A stretch of 55,791 nucleotides of DNA from Bigelowiella natans CCMP2755 (taxonomy: Eukaryota; Protista; Cercozoa). This document shows, piece after piece, positions 24,300 to 37,205 of the stretch. The notes under the pieces are model-generated. The model worked only from the letters and a program-made list of their open reading frames with translations, was not told where the DNA came from and did not search any database. The stretch's first letter is position 1. Every line of letters begins with the position of its first letter. A program made the translations under genes and the position numbers. The stretch lies in contig ADNK01001416.1 of assembly GCA_000320545.1 (NCBI GenBank), forward strand, positions 1 through 55,791, given 5' to 3'.

Positions 24300-24960
24300 G
24301 CAAGGACAAAAAAAGGACTGCTGGCTAGCCATGCCTGGGCTTGCTAGCCTTGCTCGTTGAAACTCGGCCGGGCTAGCAGGCATTGGAGCGCAGTCAGCGC
24401 GCACTGCTTCGGACGGAGCAAAGTTTGGCAATTGCCCGGTGCTCGGAGAAGACACATGGCCACACAGGCATCGATGTTGTGCGACATCTAGATGCCACAA
24501 AGCAATGGTAATGGCTGCAGTCAACGTGTGCGCGCGTGTGCGTGTTTGCGACTTCCTCAGTCCTGCTGATTGTGCTCTGCATCGCATCCCGAGCTTCAGT
24601 CATCGTGGATTGAGAGTGTTTCCACACGAGCAATGAAGCATCTCCCACATCCAAGCTCCTCCCAACAACTGCAAGCGAAGAAAGAAGCAAAGACATCAGG
24701 GTGATCACATCCTCCATGTGCACAGAAAGAAACAATTCCATCGGAGAAGTTGTTAGTTGAAAGTGTCATTGGTTACGATGACTCATCCGTGTGGTGAGAA
24801 GAAGGAAAGAAACAAAGAAAGAAAGAAGTCTTTCCATTGGAGCAGTTGAAAGGATCAAGAAAGAAGGGCCAAGAAGCTTTGCGCTTTCAGGGAGGCTTCG
24901 CCGGCTCCCGAAGAAAAGGGCAACATGCAGCTAAGCGACAACATTCTGCTCATGTCGCTA
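24300..24960 (-). pseudogene. Probable decayed spliced-gene relic in a TpA-depleted island
   Basis: On the minus strand, a polypyrimidine tract plus cag acceptor precedes coding-like VVGRSLDVGDASLLVWKHSQSTMTEARDAMQSTISRTEE. A further segment reads DVAQHRCLCGHVSSPSTGQLPNFAPSEAVRADCAPMP. Almost no TA dinucleotides are present. Confidence 0.3.
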
Positions 24961-25481
24961 ATCACACGAACAGCGGATCTTGATAGTTTTTATCTCTTTT
25001 GATTGATGTTGTGCGGCAATGGAAAATGCTCCCCGTCATGCGAGTTCGTAGGGCGTTCCGAGGTTAGAGAGCAAACGACGCACATTTGCGCGCGGGAAAA
25101 CCATAGCAAACTTTAGGACATAGTTTCCAGGTGAAAAGAGTGACAAACACCACCGAAATATATGCGGGGAAATATAAGATAAGAAGCGTATCTACGTTTG
25201 CATACAAATCGTATGATGTTTACCGTATTAAAAATGGACTAAATCAGCGACGAACGAAGAGCAGTTTCCACGCGAAAGCAGCTCTCTTGGGACCGCGGAT
25301 TGCGGCTTCATTTGCCTCCTGATAGCACATCCCTACCAAGGGCGTGTAACAGAAAAGAGAAGGCAAACCGAGCAAAAGGCCTGCCAGAGAGCCTGGAGAG
25401 CCTGGAAAACGGGGAGAAGGGAAACCAGAAGAAGTGCTGAACGCGGGAGGCGTGGACAACCACTGCGCGAAGACGGTTAAA

Positions 25482-25922
25482 ATGATGAGCGAGAATAATT
25501 CTTTTGAAACCTACCAGATCCTCTATTCGACCGTCACGGACGCAATCGTCGGAAGCTATGACCCCAATATATTCAAAAGGGTATGCTTCATTCAAATATC
25601 GTTCCACACCATTGTTGCTCGCACTAAGGACGATGTGCGGGTGGCTTGCGTGTTCAGGTTTTGGTGAACCATAAAAGGGCACTAAAAAATCCGAATGAAA
25701 AGCGTCCAAGAAATGACAACCAAGTTTGGAACACAATTAAGAAAACGCAGGTTCTTTTAATTGCTGCCTTTATCCTCACACTGCGTCTCAGTCCTTCTCT
25801 TCTTTCTCTGTTTCATTGCGCTACCAACCAGGAGCGCGCAGGGGAAAAGGGTAATATGATCGGGCTACGTATTGCAAAGGCGCTCAGCCAGAAATTTCAA
25901 ATCGACGAAGTAATCACCAAAT

Positions 25923-25963
<41 letters not shown>

Positions 25964-26056
25964 GCATACGCATACGAACGTACTAATGCTAATATCCTAG
26001 AAGCATCGTCATGAAATGAGGCATGCTTGTATGCATTATTGTTATACACTTACATT

Positions 26057-26130
<74 letters not shown>

Positions 26131-27577
26131 TCTATAAAATCTAATTTGTGTGTGTATGTGTGTACAAATTTTTAGAAAGAGGCTTGCAAATTGATCCGGA
26201 CGGCCAGGTCATGCTGTTCTGAGCCACCAGGGCAAGACAACAAGACCGGATTGGAAAAATGGGAAAAGGAACTACTCAAGAACGCGTAACTTGACGAAAA
26301 ATCTATTACACCCGCATATTTATTCTTCATCATCATCATGGCTCCATCATCTCTCACCGAAATTTGTAGGGATGCTGCTGAATTACTACGCATGCATGTA
26401 TTACAAATTGTTGCACTTTTTTTTAGGTTTATACTCTACAAGAATAGACGTGAATCCTTACTGATTGCGTTTGAGAATCTTGTCTCTGAGCACCTACTGT
26501 TCCAAGATGGACACCCTCTCTCTAGACTAGTGAATGATTACGTTACGGAGTTGTTGAAAGAAGACGAGGATGGAGATCTTCTGGGTAACCTACTCAAACT
26601 AGTGGAAAACAACCACAGGCGACGCATCGATCCTTCAACCGACAGCAAGCTGAAACCACACCTCGCAACTGAGATCTGGCGCAGCCTGAGAATCATACTT
26701 TGTCTCCTCGGAGATATTCCCATCACACGCAGCCAGACGAAGAAGATCATACTGCTACTGCAGGGACCTCTCGGCCAGGATGACCTCGTTTCGCGCACTA
26801 AGCTCATGCTCAGCTTTGGGTTGTTCTACGCTTTGAGGGAGCGGAGAAACGCCTCGCATAGCCAGGAATCGGAAGAAGAATTCGTGAACACCCTGATGCA
26901 ACAAGCAAGTGCCTGGGAAGAAGACTTCAAGGCCAGCACCTTCGACAAGGCGTACAGGGACCTCTACATCCTGATGGCATCGTCGTTTGAGAAGATGAGC
27001 TACAAGAAAGCTGGGCAGCTCCAACGCGGAAGCAGATTCGAGAAAACCGTCGAAGACATGCTGAACAGAGGAAGCGAGGTCTTTAAACGACTCCACAGCG
27101 ATCTCTTTTATGCTGATTGGTCCAAGGAGCTCCGAGCCAGGATAAAGCAGCCTCTTTGCGAGACCGCCTGCTCCTTGCTACATGAGACGATACAGGTCCA
27201 CGGGAACCTCTTTAAGGAATTGGATGAAAGAGCTCCCCTCCTACGCGAGCTTGTGCAGCTGCTTGCAGCACTGTGCGAGGTGTCGCCAGAATGTACCAGA
27301 AAACTGTGCCGGCAGCATCGAGAAGCGCAGTATTCTTACGGTTTCAGCAGCTTTGAGAACTTGCTCAACTACTTGCGAATCGTCAAAGATCACCATGGGA
27401 ACGAGATGGCCACACACTACCTGCACCTCCTCGCGTCGCTGTGTAACCATACCTCGGGTGTACAGCTGGTTCTCAAGTTGGAGGGGGGGGGGGCAACACG
27501 CGAGAATGTAGACGAGATGAGAAGTTACGCATCTGTGATGAGGAACCTCCTTCAGGTAGTGGCTGGCAGCAGTAGTT

Positions 27578-27616
<39 letters not shown>

Positions 27617-30600
27617 CCACGATCACATTTACAGACAGACATCAGGCATGCTTTATTATGAGTAATTATTAATAATAATAGTAATAGTAGTAGTAGTAGT
27701 AGTAGTAGTAATAATAATGCTGTTCTTTCCCCCTACACATCACGGTGCAAATTAAGGAAATTGGTTTTTATTGCATGCATGTATATGCATATGGGCACGC
27801 ACGTTCGCTTATGCCCCCTCCCCCCCCCCCCCCAAAAGAAAAAACACGCACACACCACAGGAATTGGCCCAGCCTTCAAAGTGGAAGAGGATGGTGGCTG
27901 TGCTGAAGTTGATACAGGCGCTCTCTCACCTTAGCCCCTCGACGCTGACCAATGATTTCGCCGAACGAATGCTGAGTATTATGCTCCAACGTTTGGCCAA
28001 AACAAACAATGATGTACTTAAAGCAGCCGTTGTAGACACGTTGGCTGCGTGCGGAACCTCAAAGCCAGCGTTGATGAAGAAAGTTTGGCAGTATGTCGAA
28101 GGATTTAAGTTCTTACCCAGGTTGTTGCTCATTACGGAGGAGGAGGAGGAGGAGGAAGAGGGAGATGATGATGATGATGATGATGATGATGATAATGACT
28201 CATGTGTTTGTCGTGCTGGTGAATAAAATACCGCTGTATTTGAAGCCAAGAGTGCTTTCTATTTCCTCCTTCATTGCTAACTTTACCCCCCACTTTTCTC
28301 GTTGCTGATCCCAGGGCTGCGGTACAGTATTCTGCCCCCACCACAATGATAAAGTCCGATTCCGATCCGTTGGAGAAGAAGCGGGGAGGGATGGTCTTGG
28401 CGTTGGAGGAAGAGGCCAGGAAGGAGAGCTTTCCGCTCACCATTGCTTTTGGAAAGTTGATCCTCTCCGCTATCAATACATGCCCCGTGATTATCTATGG
28501 GGTCAAGATGGAGCAACCGCATGGGCTGGGGCCATACCTTACATTCCTTACCAACAACGTGCTGCTGCGTGTCCATACTTTTAAGCTCAAAGAACCATCT
28601 CAGAAATGGGAATTGGCAGCCGCCCCGCTTGCCGTGTGTTGTCGAATCTTGCAGGATTTCAATCCTCTCCAGCAGCAGCAGCAGCAGCAACAACAACAAC
28701 AACAACAGCAAAACAGCCAGGTGAGAAGGAGCCGTCGGCTGTCGCCATTAGAGCACCCAGGCAAGCTGATTATGAAGAGACTGCAAACGCAGACAGCTTG
28801 TTTGTCGCTGTCGTTAAACTGCTTGGCCAAGCTCAGAATAAGATCGAAAAGGTTAAGAAGGGGCAGGAAGATCTTTCCGAGCGTGTTCCTGTCATCCTTC
28901 CTTACGTCGAGAAAGTCCTCAAGTTGTCGTTGCAGCTTCTTGACCTTGCGCTGCAGCGTGAAAATGCTTTCTGGCGTCTAGCGAGTCGGCCTGACGTAAA
29001 CATCCGGTGTTCCTTCATCTCTTCGATGTTAATAAGAAATTCAGAGGCGCGCAAGAGCGACATTGTGGTCGCGATCGCGAAATGCGTGGGTCTTGTGGAC
29101 AACGGGCAGGTCATCGGTCAGGCCATTTGCTTCCACGCAGCCAACATCCTACGAGCACTGTGCAATCGAAACGAGCGGTTAGTCGTGAATGTCTTCCACC
29201 AGCCCACTCAAAGAAGACGACGACGACAACGACGACGCAGGGAGTACGTTACTTCTTCTTCGTCATCTTCTTCCATCAACAAAGATGGGGCTTCGGAGGA
29301 GGGGGGGGAGGAGGAGGAGGAGGAGGGTGACCCCAGGCTGCAGCTATGCCGAGCGTTCGCCATTCAATTCGCCGAGATGCAATTAGACGCTCCGCTTTAT
29401 GATGGTGGGGGGGGCGGCGACAGGAAGACGAAGGAAAGTACCTCCTCCTCCTCCTCCTCCTCCTCCTCCTCCTTCCGAGAAAGGACGCAAGGGTGGAACA
29501 CTCGGTGCAAGGTGGTACTTGTGCAGATCATCCTCAATAGCCTCACGCGGCGTGGAGGCCGCGCAGAGCTCGCATGCATGCTGCTGGGTCTAGGGGACGA
29601 AGACGAAGAAGACATGATGCCCCGGAATAATCACGAGAAGGAGTGCCTAGACCAGATCCTCCTCATGATCGAAAAGCCAAGGTTTTCAGTCAGTGCCGCG
29701 GGGCTTGCCGAGGCGTGTTTTGAGCTGTTTTACCGGCTGTACAAGCACCCTCGTACCTCCAAGAGCTTCGCTTCCTATCTTCGGAACAAGACCGCCTACA
29801 CAGACTCGGTGGAGGGGGGGGAAGAAGAGCAGACCGAGCATGGCACGCCAGTGCTCTTCAAGCTGCTCAGGGAGCTTGAAGAAGTCTGGGGGGGCGGGGC
29901 AATGAGAGGCGGCAGCAGCAGCGGACACACTCCTTCCAGCCTCCTCCAGTATTCATGGCTGCTCAAGACCATTGCGATCGACATATTTAGCACAAGAAAA
30001 CGGGGCAATCAGTGGAGTGATGACGCACACGACACGCTGTGCCGACTAGGATTCTGGCACTCGGAAGACCGCAAATCGTCTTTACTGTCTTCTGAGAACA
30101 ACAACAACAACGCTACGCATACTAACAACAACGGATACCAGCAGTCGCAAATGCAAATGCTGGAGCTGCTTGACCGCCTGTGCATTCGTTTCCCCACCCT
30201 CAAACCTCTACCAGAAGGCTTTTCAACCGGCTCGCTCCGACGCCAGATATCTCCACGAATGTAAGCAAATATGATGAGGAGGATGATGTTTTTGCGCCTG
30301 CGTGGATCTTCTGGGTTACTCACATGCAATAATCTACACGATACTACAATCCTTTTTATATTCGCCATCATTATCATCATCATGATCCTCATCTTCCTCA
30401 TCATAACAATATTGTTGTTGCTGCAGGTTCGTATATGATATCCCGCAGCTAAAGGCTGTGCTGCTGTCAAGTGGCAACCCTCAGTCGAGTGCTAACATCC
30501 TTGGGATCGCACTTGAATGGAACAGGCAAGTCCATCGATTGCGTGCATGCGAGGAGGCGGTGGAGGGTTGGAGGCAGTTGGCAGAAGTAGCTCTTAAGGA

Positions 30601-32166
30601 AGGAGCAAAGACCCAACAGGTAGTACTGATGCTCATGTTGGTGGAGAAGGGGGAGGAGGAGAGGAGGAGGAGGCCATGCTATGAAGAGATTATAGGATTA
30701 GTGCTAGATGTTTCTTAGCTGCATTTATCTGCTGTAGCTATTATGATTATGATATGATCCTCTTCCCCATCCTCCTCCTCCTCATCTCCTTAACAGGGTC
30801 ATTCCGATGCATTGAAGTACGATTCGGCATTGTACGACCTCCTGAACGGGGTGCTGCAGAAGCTGAGCGTAGGTGCACAGATGTGGGGATCTCTTGGTAA
30901 ACAACTCTCCATCGCCTTGTCGTCGGTCGCCCTGGCTGTGATGGCGAAGATCAACCTGCGTACGAGGCAGCACAATAACCCTAGCGAGCTCATCTCCTCT
31001 GCTTCCGATATGAGGCATATAGTCGAAGCCATCCTCGAAGCAATATTGCGCTCACGGTTGGTTCACTCTCCTCCTCCTCCTCCTCCTCCTCCTACAGTGT
31101 TGTAATTCAGTCGAACGAGTGAATGCATTCTTCGTGCACAGAAGAGTAGATTTGATAGTGGGGGTCTGCCCACTTTCCGCAACCTCCTTATATTTTCGCG
31201 CGCGCGTGTGCGTGTGTTTTCTCCTCCTCATTGACAGCCTTCTCCTTCTCCTTCTTGTTCTTTTTCTTTTTATTATTCAGGTATCAGTTGGCACGCAAGA
31301 ACCTATATGTTGTATTTGTCAACTACATTCAGTATCTTGAGCATCTTGAGATCTTTCTCAACGAGCACGGGGCTGATGCTATAAGGGCCAATGACTCATC
31401 GTACGTGCTTCGAAAGAACGGAATATGAACGTGCACAGATTATCGCCTAATAATACATGTGTACACACACATAAGATGTACTATTCAAACTTGGCATGCT
31501 GTTCTTTCTCTCTCTTTCTCTGCACCCCCTCTCCCCCGTATTTGTCTTTATCTTATCTTAAGTAGCTGGCCAATTGCCTCACACATAGCTCCCCCCCCCC
31601 CCCCCCCCCCCTTCTTCCTCCTCGTGTCGTCTATTTTAGGTCTTACGCGTTGATAGAGGACGATTTTTCGACGTTCTTCAGGCACAATATCACTGTGATC
31701 GGTAAGTATGGCAAGAAGATCCTGCAGGTGTCTTGTCAGGACGCCATGAGCGGCCAATTCGTCGTTCGTTCGACGGCGATGGTTTTCATTGCAAATCTTC
31801 TCAAATACGACTCGCCGTCCTCCTCGCCCCCCTCCTCCACTGCCCCTGCGAGATTTGATCGTCGCAAGAAGAGTAGAGGAGTCACTAACACCTTGCTTCA
31901 TTTTCTCTGTGAAACCGGAAACGTGCACCAGTTTGCGAATGAACTCCTCCACCCACGTACTACGATGATAGTGTCGCTAACGATGATACGCTTAATGCCT
32001 TTCATCATCATGTGATGCTACTACACACCTTTGTCGTCGTTGCATTCAGTTACATCTACAAATCCTTTTTTGGCAAAAACCGAATAAAGTGGTGTTGTTT
32101 GGTATGAGAAGAAGAAGAAGAAGAAGAAGAAGAAGAAGAATGGCTGTAGAAGAAGTTAGAGAAAAT

Positions 32167-32235
<69 letters not shown>

Positions 32236-32633
32236 TACACTTATGTATAGGGCGCGTACAAGTGCTTCGGACCGCAATCGTTTCAACACAACTAGAGCAC
32301 TACGAGCAAATCGCATCGTTTGAAGTAATGGCGAGCCTTCTCACGCAGGTCATATCCGCACAGTAGCCTCAATTATCATTGCACTGATCATCGTCACTTT
32401 GTACGCAATTTCGAGGGGGTTTGGGTTGCAGCTTCAAGCTTTTGTGTGCTACTACCTACGGCATGATGCACCGATGTGATGTTCTCCAGCTAATCGATGA
32501 TTCGCTAACAAACAGATTGCGTTGAAGGAGCAGGGTGCAAAACAACTCCTCGGTTCAAAATTGATTTTGAAGCTCGCAGAATGCCAGTTTCTTGGGAATT
32601 ATCAAGATTTCAGGTGGTTTCGATACTGCAGAT

Positions 32634-32667
<34 letters not shown>

Positions 32668-32809
32668 GAAGTCATAACACGAAATATATGATGATGATGA
32701 TGATGATGATGAAGAAGAAGAAGAAGAAATCTCTACAAATGTTGATATTTTGGATGTAGTTGGGATTCGGCGAGAGGAAACATGTTTCACACGTATAGCA
32801 CACACACAG

Positions 32810-32851
<42 letters not shown>

Positions 32852-34217
32852 AAACAAACGGAGACGCGCAAGCGAGCACCATACATACATGAAGGCACTA
32901 ATTTGAAGATAATATTCATGAGACGGTTTGCCTATTATGTGTCCACGTCAGCGGCATTAGCGAGCTGTCAACGTCGGCCAAAGTGGCAGTATCACAGTCG
33001 TCGCGGTACTACCAGCTCCTCATCCCCTCATTGCGGCTGGTTAGCTGCTTGCTTACAACGCTGCCCGAAAATCAACTATTGCGCCGTGAGGTCGCCAACT
33101 TCCTCAAAAGGCATCAAAACGTGCTAGGCAAGGTGTTGGAGGAGTCTGTCAAAGTGCTCGAAGAGTCCGTGAGAAGCACAAGGTCCTCGTCACTGCCCCG
33201 GTTGTTGTCGAGGGAAATCATACCGTCACTGCAGGCTGCTGAGCTCCTTACAGGACTTGTCTTAGCCTTCATCGCAGACGCCAAAAACCCACTACCAGAG
33301 ACGTTCATCCACTCCTATGGTGAGCTCGTGGAGGTCATGAAGAGAGTTGTCTATAGACTCCAAGAAGCTGCTGCATCAAACTACATCAGCATGGACTACG
33401 AGGAGGAGGTGGTGGAGGAGGAGGAGGAGGAGGAGGATTATGCTGGGGACGAAAAGGAGGACGATTCGAAAGAAGCATACGAGGAGAATAGGCGCTTGGA
33501 GCGACGGCAAAATAACGTAGTCGGGCTGCTAGAACCACTCGACAATGGCATCCTTGTCTATGAGATCATGGCAAACGTATTCCTCATCTGCTCTCACAAC
33601 TGCAAGGGGGGCACGCTTGAAGACGGCGAACGACTCCTCACCGCAGCTGGTGTTGTCAACATCTTCAGCAAAGAAGAGCCGCTGGGCGCGGAAAGGCTTC
33701 TCAAAATCTTTGAAAGAACATTAAGGCATACGACAGCAAGAGGCACAACAGCAGCAGCGGCAGGTGGAGATTATGGGGATAATAACGGCGAATATAGCAG
33801 CAGCAGTAGAATGCAGAGTGACAAGCTGCAAAAACGTAGGACGTGCTTGTCCATTCAAGTGATGGAGAGCATACTTCAGATACTCTGCCACAACCTTTCT
33901 AACTATGACGACAGAAAAGGTAGCGGTGGCGGACACTTCGAAGTCGATGCAGGAGCAGCCCAGGCAGATAAGGTCTGTGCCCGTTCTTTGAACATTATTC
34001 GATGTCGTCATCATAAAAGATGTGCGATACAATCTTATGTGTGTGCGTGCGTGTGTGTGTGTTTTGTCAGAAAAACATTAGTCATATACGAGAGACGGGA
34101 ATACCATTGTTCAACCAGCTTCTTATGTCACGTCCGTATCGAGACATCGCCACAGGAGGCACTTACATAGAAACTTTGGTGCGGAAGATCAAAGCCAGAA
34201 TATATCGACTAACATAG
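25482..34217 (+). CDS. NUP205: Nucleoporin Nup205/Nup192, multi-exon, with an apparent 1-nt frameshift near 28784
   Basis: EEEARKESFPLTIAFGKLI, GLGPYLTFLTNNVLLR..KEPSQKWEL, HPGKLIMKRL and the C-terminus YIETLVRKIKARI match recalled Nup205 blocks (EEYPLTRAF, PYLQFL..VFLR..EKWEV, FIQALVRRI). The length fits a large helical scaffold nucleoporin. Confidence 0.85.
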
Positions 34218-34285
34218 AGAACAGAAATCGTGTCGTGTCGCGATGTTGGGTTCCTACCTGCGACTTGCCATGCATGTCTAGATGT

Positions 34286-34377
34286 GAGACGGATGATGTA
34301 ATGAATTGATTAAATCTTTTCAATGGTCATCCTAATGTAGCTATGCTAGTATGCAACTAGGCAAAGCAGCGGCTACA
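34286..34377 (+). repeat. Dispersed two-hairpin repeat, copy C (carries two +8-bp CTAG scars)
   Basis: ...TGGTCATCCTAATGTAGCTATG[CTAGTATG]CAA[CTAGGCAA]AGCAGCGGCTACA. Confidence 0.85.
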
Positions 34378-34630
34378 TCAGACATGTCTAGATGTACCAC
34401 ACATACATCTGCTCGTCATTCCACTCATCAGCAAGCAGAACACTAGGACATACATGCAAAGCAAATAATATCGAATTCCTTTTTTATTATGAGCCATGAA
34501 ACAGGCTGATCGAAAATATGAGCAGTCAATGACGTGTCATGCGCATGCTATCTAGCTATGCCTTAAATGATCTAGCCATAGTAATCACTGTTACGACTAG
34601 ACTAGTTACGACGCATGTGTACGTGCGTAT

Positions 34631-34670
34631 ACTGTTCAAAATTTAAACATTTCATTGCATCCGCCTTATA
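34631..34670 (-). repeat. Partial inverted copy of the same repeat (5' part)
   Basis: Reverse complement TATAAGGCGGATGCAATGAAATGTTTAAATTTTGAACAGT matches the starts of copies B and D. Confidence 0.55.
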
Positions 34671-34995
34671 GCCTTATAATGTTCACATCATGAACGCGGC
34701 GCGTTGCGTGTGGACTTGTGCGGAGCACGCGCATAGCATTTCAGAGAGGTCTATTTGCAATGCGAGCGGCGACGCTAGCTTATATTGATGTAATTGCAGG
34801 ATACTTAGATCTGCACAGAACATTGAGCGCATGTGTGCAGCGTACAATTGCTTAGACGTGTGACACTTTTCACATAATCATAGCATACTACTAATCCAGC
34901 GGAGGGAGGCAGGGCTACATTCGTCATTCCAATGATGTTCATATGTTGCAGAAAATCAGTTTATCATGAGGATTATATAAACACATTTAGGTGCA

Positions 34996-36277
34996 TTACA
35001 TTCCTCCTGCAGCTGGTGCAGCTGCAGCTGCAGGAGCCTCAGAATCTCCCCAGCTGCCTGCCTCTTGCACAGGGGCAGATGCCCAGTTTGCATCGATGGT
35101 AGTAGAGGTGAAATCTGCTACTCCAGTGGCTTTCGTTGCCTCAGCGGCGAAAGCAGTGCCTTCTGCGCTCTTAACTTCGTTGAATTGACTTGCAAAGTCT
35201 TCCTTTTTGTCTTCCTTCGCTTCTGGCTCCTCAGTGGCCTCAGCTTTCTTTTCTTCTTCCTCAGGTTCACGGTACATGAAGAGATCAACAACGACGCTCC
35301 AAGGTTCTTGGCGAGAGATGGTTCCGCGAAGGCGGTTTACTTCACGAGCGAGCATCCAGTACATAAGAGCGAGGGAGTGCTTGTTCTTGTTGTTGCAAGG
35401 AATAGCTACATCGACATATCTCGTAGGAGAATCAACATTGCAAAGAGCGATAACAGGGATGCTGGAATAAGCAGCTTCCATGATAGGCTGGTGATCGACG
35501 TGAGGATCAGTTACGATCAAAAGACGAGGCTCAAGGAACTTCTTCTGAATCTGTAGTTGTCATGGTTGTACACAAAACATATATCCGTCATCAGAACCTT
35601 GATTTTTAATAGAGTATGGACGAGATTCGAAACCCTATCCATGCAGTTATACTTCCAACCAAACCCTATTCACCCTCACCGCATTAGTTCCTATTCACCC
35701 TCACCCAATTAGTAATGGTTAGTTCCACGCTTCATCGACAAGAACAATACCTGGTTAGTGAAGCAACCAGGCGTGTATCGTCCCCCAATGTAGCTCGACC
35801 CAGTGTTTTGGGCAAACTTGTAGACAGCGCGCTGTCCCATTGTCGGGCCGGAGATAGCAACCACATCCTCCGGGTTTTCTATTGCGACGATTATTCTCGC
35901 AGCCTATCATGTAGTGGGAATTTCAGATGATAAAATATGACTTTCATCTCATTTGGATTTTGAATGATATAGACTGTGACTTTAGAGGCAATTTAGACAT
36001 GCATGTTAAAAAATTCTTTATTCACCAGCATGATCTTTTCCCAGGTCTTGCCAATGTTGACGATGTGCACGCCTGAAGTTAATAATTATTACACGTTGAT
36101 TCTTCGTGCAAATGCGCGAGAAAAGAACTCGAATTAGGGTTAATTCACACCGTTATCAATCTTCCTGCGCCATACATATTTTTGCATGTGAGCATTGCAG
36201 TTGGTAGATCCAATGTGAGTTTCTGCTGCAAGCATAAGCTTGAGATCATCCTCCTTAATAGCAAGCGAGAGCGCCAT
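34996..36277 (-). CDS. RPSA: 40S ribosomal protein SA (uS2), 4 exons
   Basis: [47 protein letters not shown]-type segment, [23 protein letters not shown] and DVAIPCNNK. Confidence 0.96.
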
Positions 36278-36642
36278 TCTGTGTGTAGGCACGCAGGTCT
36301 AAATTCTCCGCCGATCGGTGATTAGGTCCGAAATAATAAAGCGGTAGGTTACCAGCTCTTGGAGATTCTTGGAGATTTATATGATTTGTCCGGAATCCCG
36401 GCCAGAATCTCTCCGGTACCGGTTTTGTAGCCAAAGTTACAGATGTCGCTATTGATTATTTTTGGTGAATTGCCCGCCGTTAAATACATGAAGCATTCCG
36501 TTTTCTCCCTTTTTGGCAAAAATTGCCTGCTGCTGAGAAATACTTGGTCTCGACGATATCCTGCCCCCCACACGATCCAAAGCAGCTGGGAACATAATTA
36601 TCGCCTGACTCTGTAGAGTTGGAAATCGACCAATTCTAAATT

Positions 36643-37159
36643 ATGATGCTCTTGGTGAATCCAGTGGCGATTCATAAACGGACTCCTGTTCCATCGTGCC
36701 CGAGGCCATTAAAATCTATCCTTCCGTCGAGTTCGTGCTCGGCTTCGTCGTTGTTCTCGACAGGGCAGCACGATGCAGTGGTAAAGGGTTGTATTCAAGC
36801 AAACAAAGGAAGATATTCTGCAATGACTTGTCGGAAAAATACCAAAGCGAATCTTCAAGAAGCCTCGTGTCGAAATACTTCACACCGACACGGCCGTCTA
36901 CCACCTATCGCAAAGAATACCCGGAGAGGAAACAGAAGGGCGCGGAAGAAACCCAAATGTATCTCTTCAAAAAGTCCAACCTCTATGAAAAGAAGGTTTG
37001 AACTATTATCTATATTTAAATAGCTTAACGTACTTGATTCTTCAAATTATCATAAAAACCTAAAATAGAATTGTGGAAACAAATTTAAAAGGCCCGACAC
37101 CACATTCCCAAACCTCACATGAAGAGATGATATGGGGATTTTTTTTTGGAATATATGCG

Positions 37160-37205
<46 letters not shown>

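Noticed and set aside
35628-35712. AACCCTA-like words and a ~25-bp tandem duplication in an RPSA intron (telomeric seed or snoRNA)
   Set aside because: Only isolated units are present, and no convincing C/D or H/ACA box pair was found by eye.
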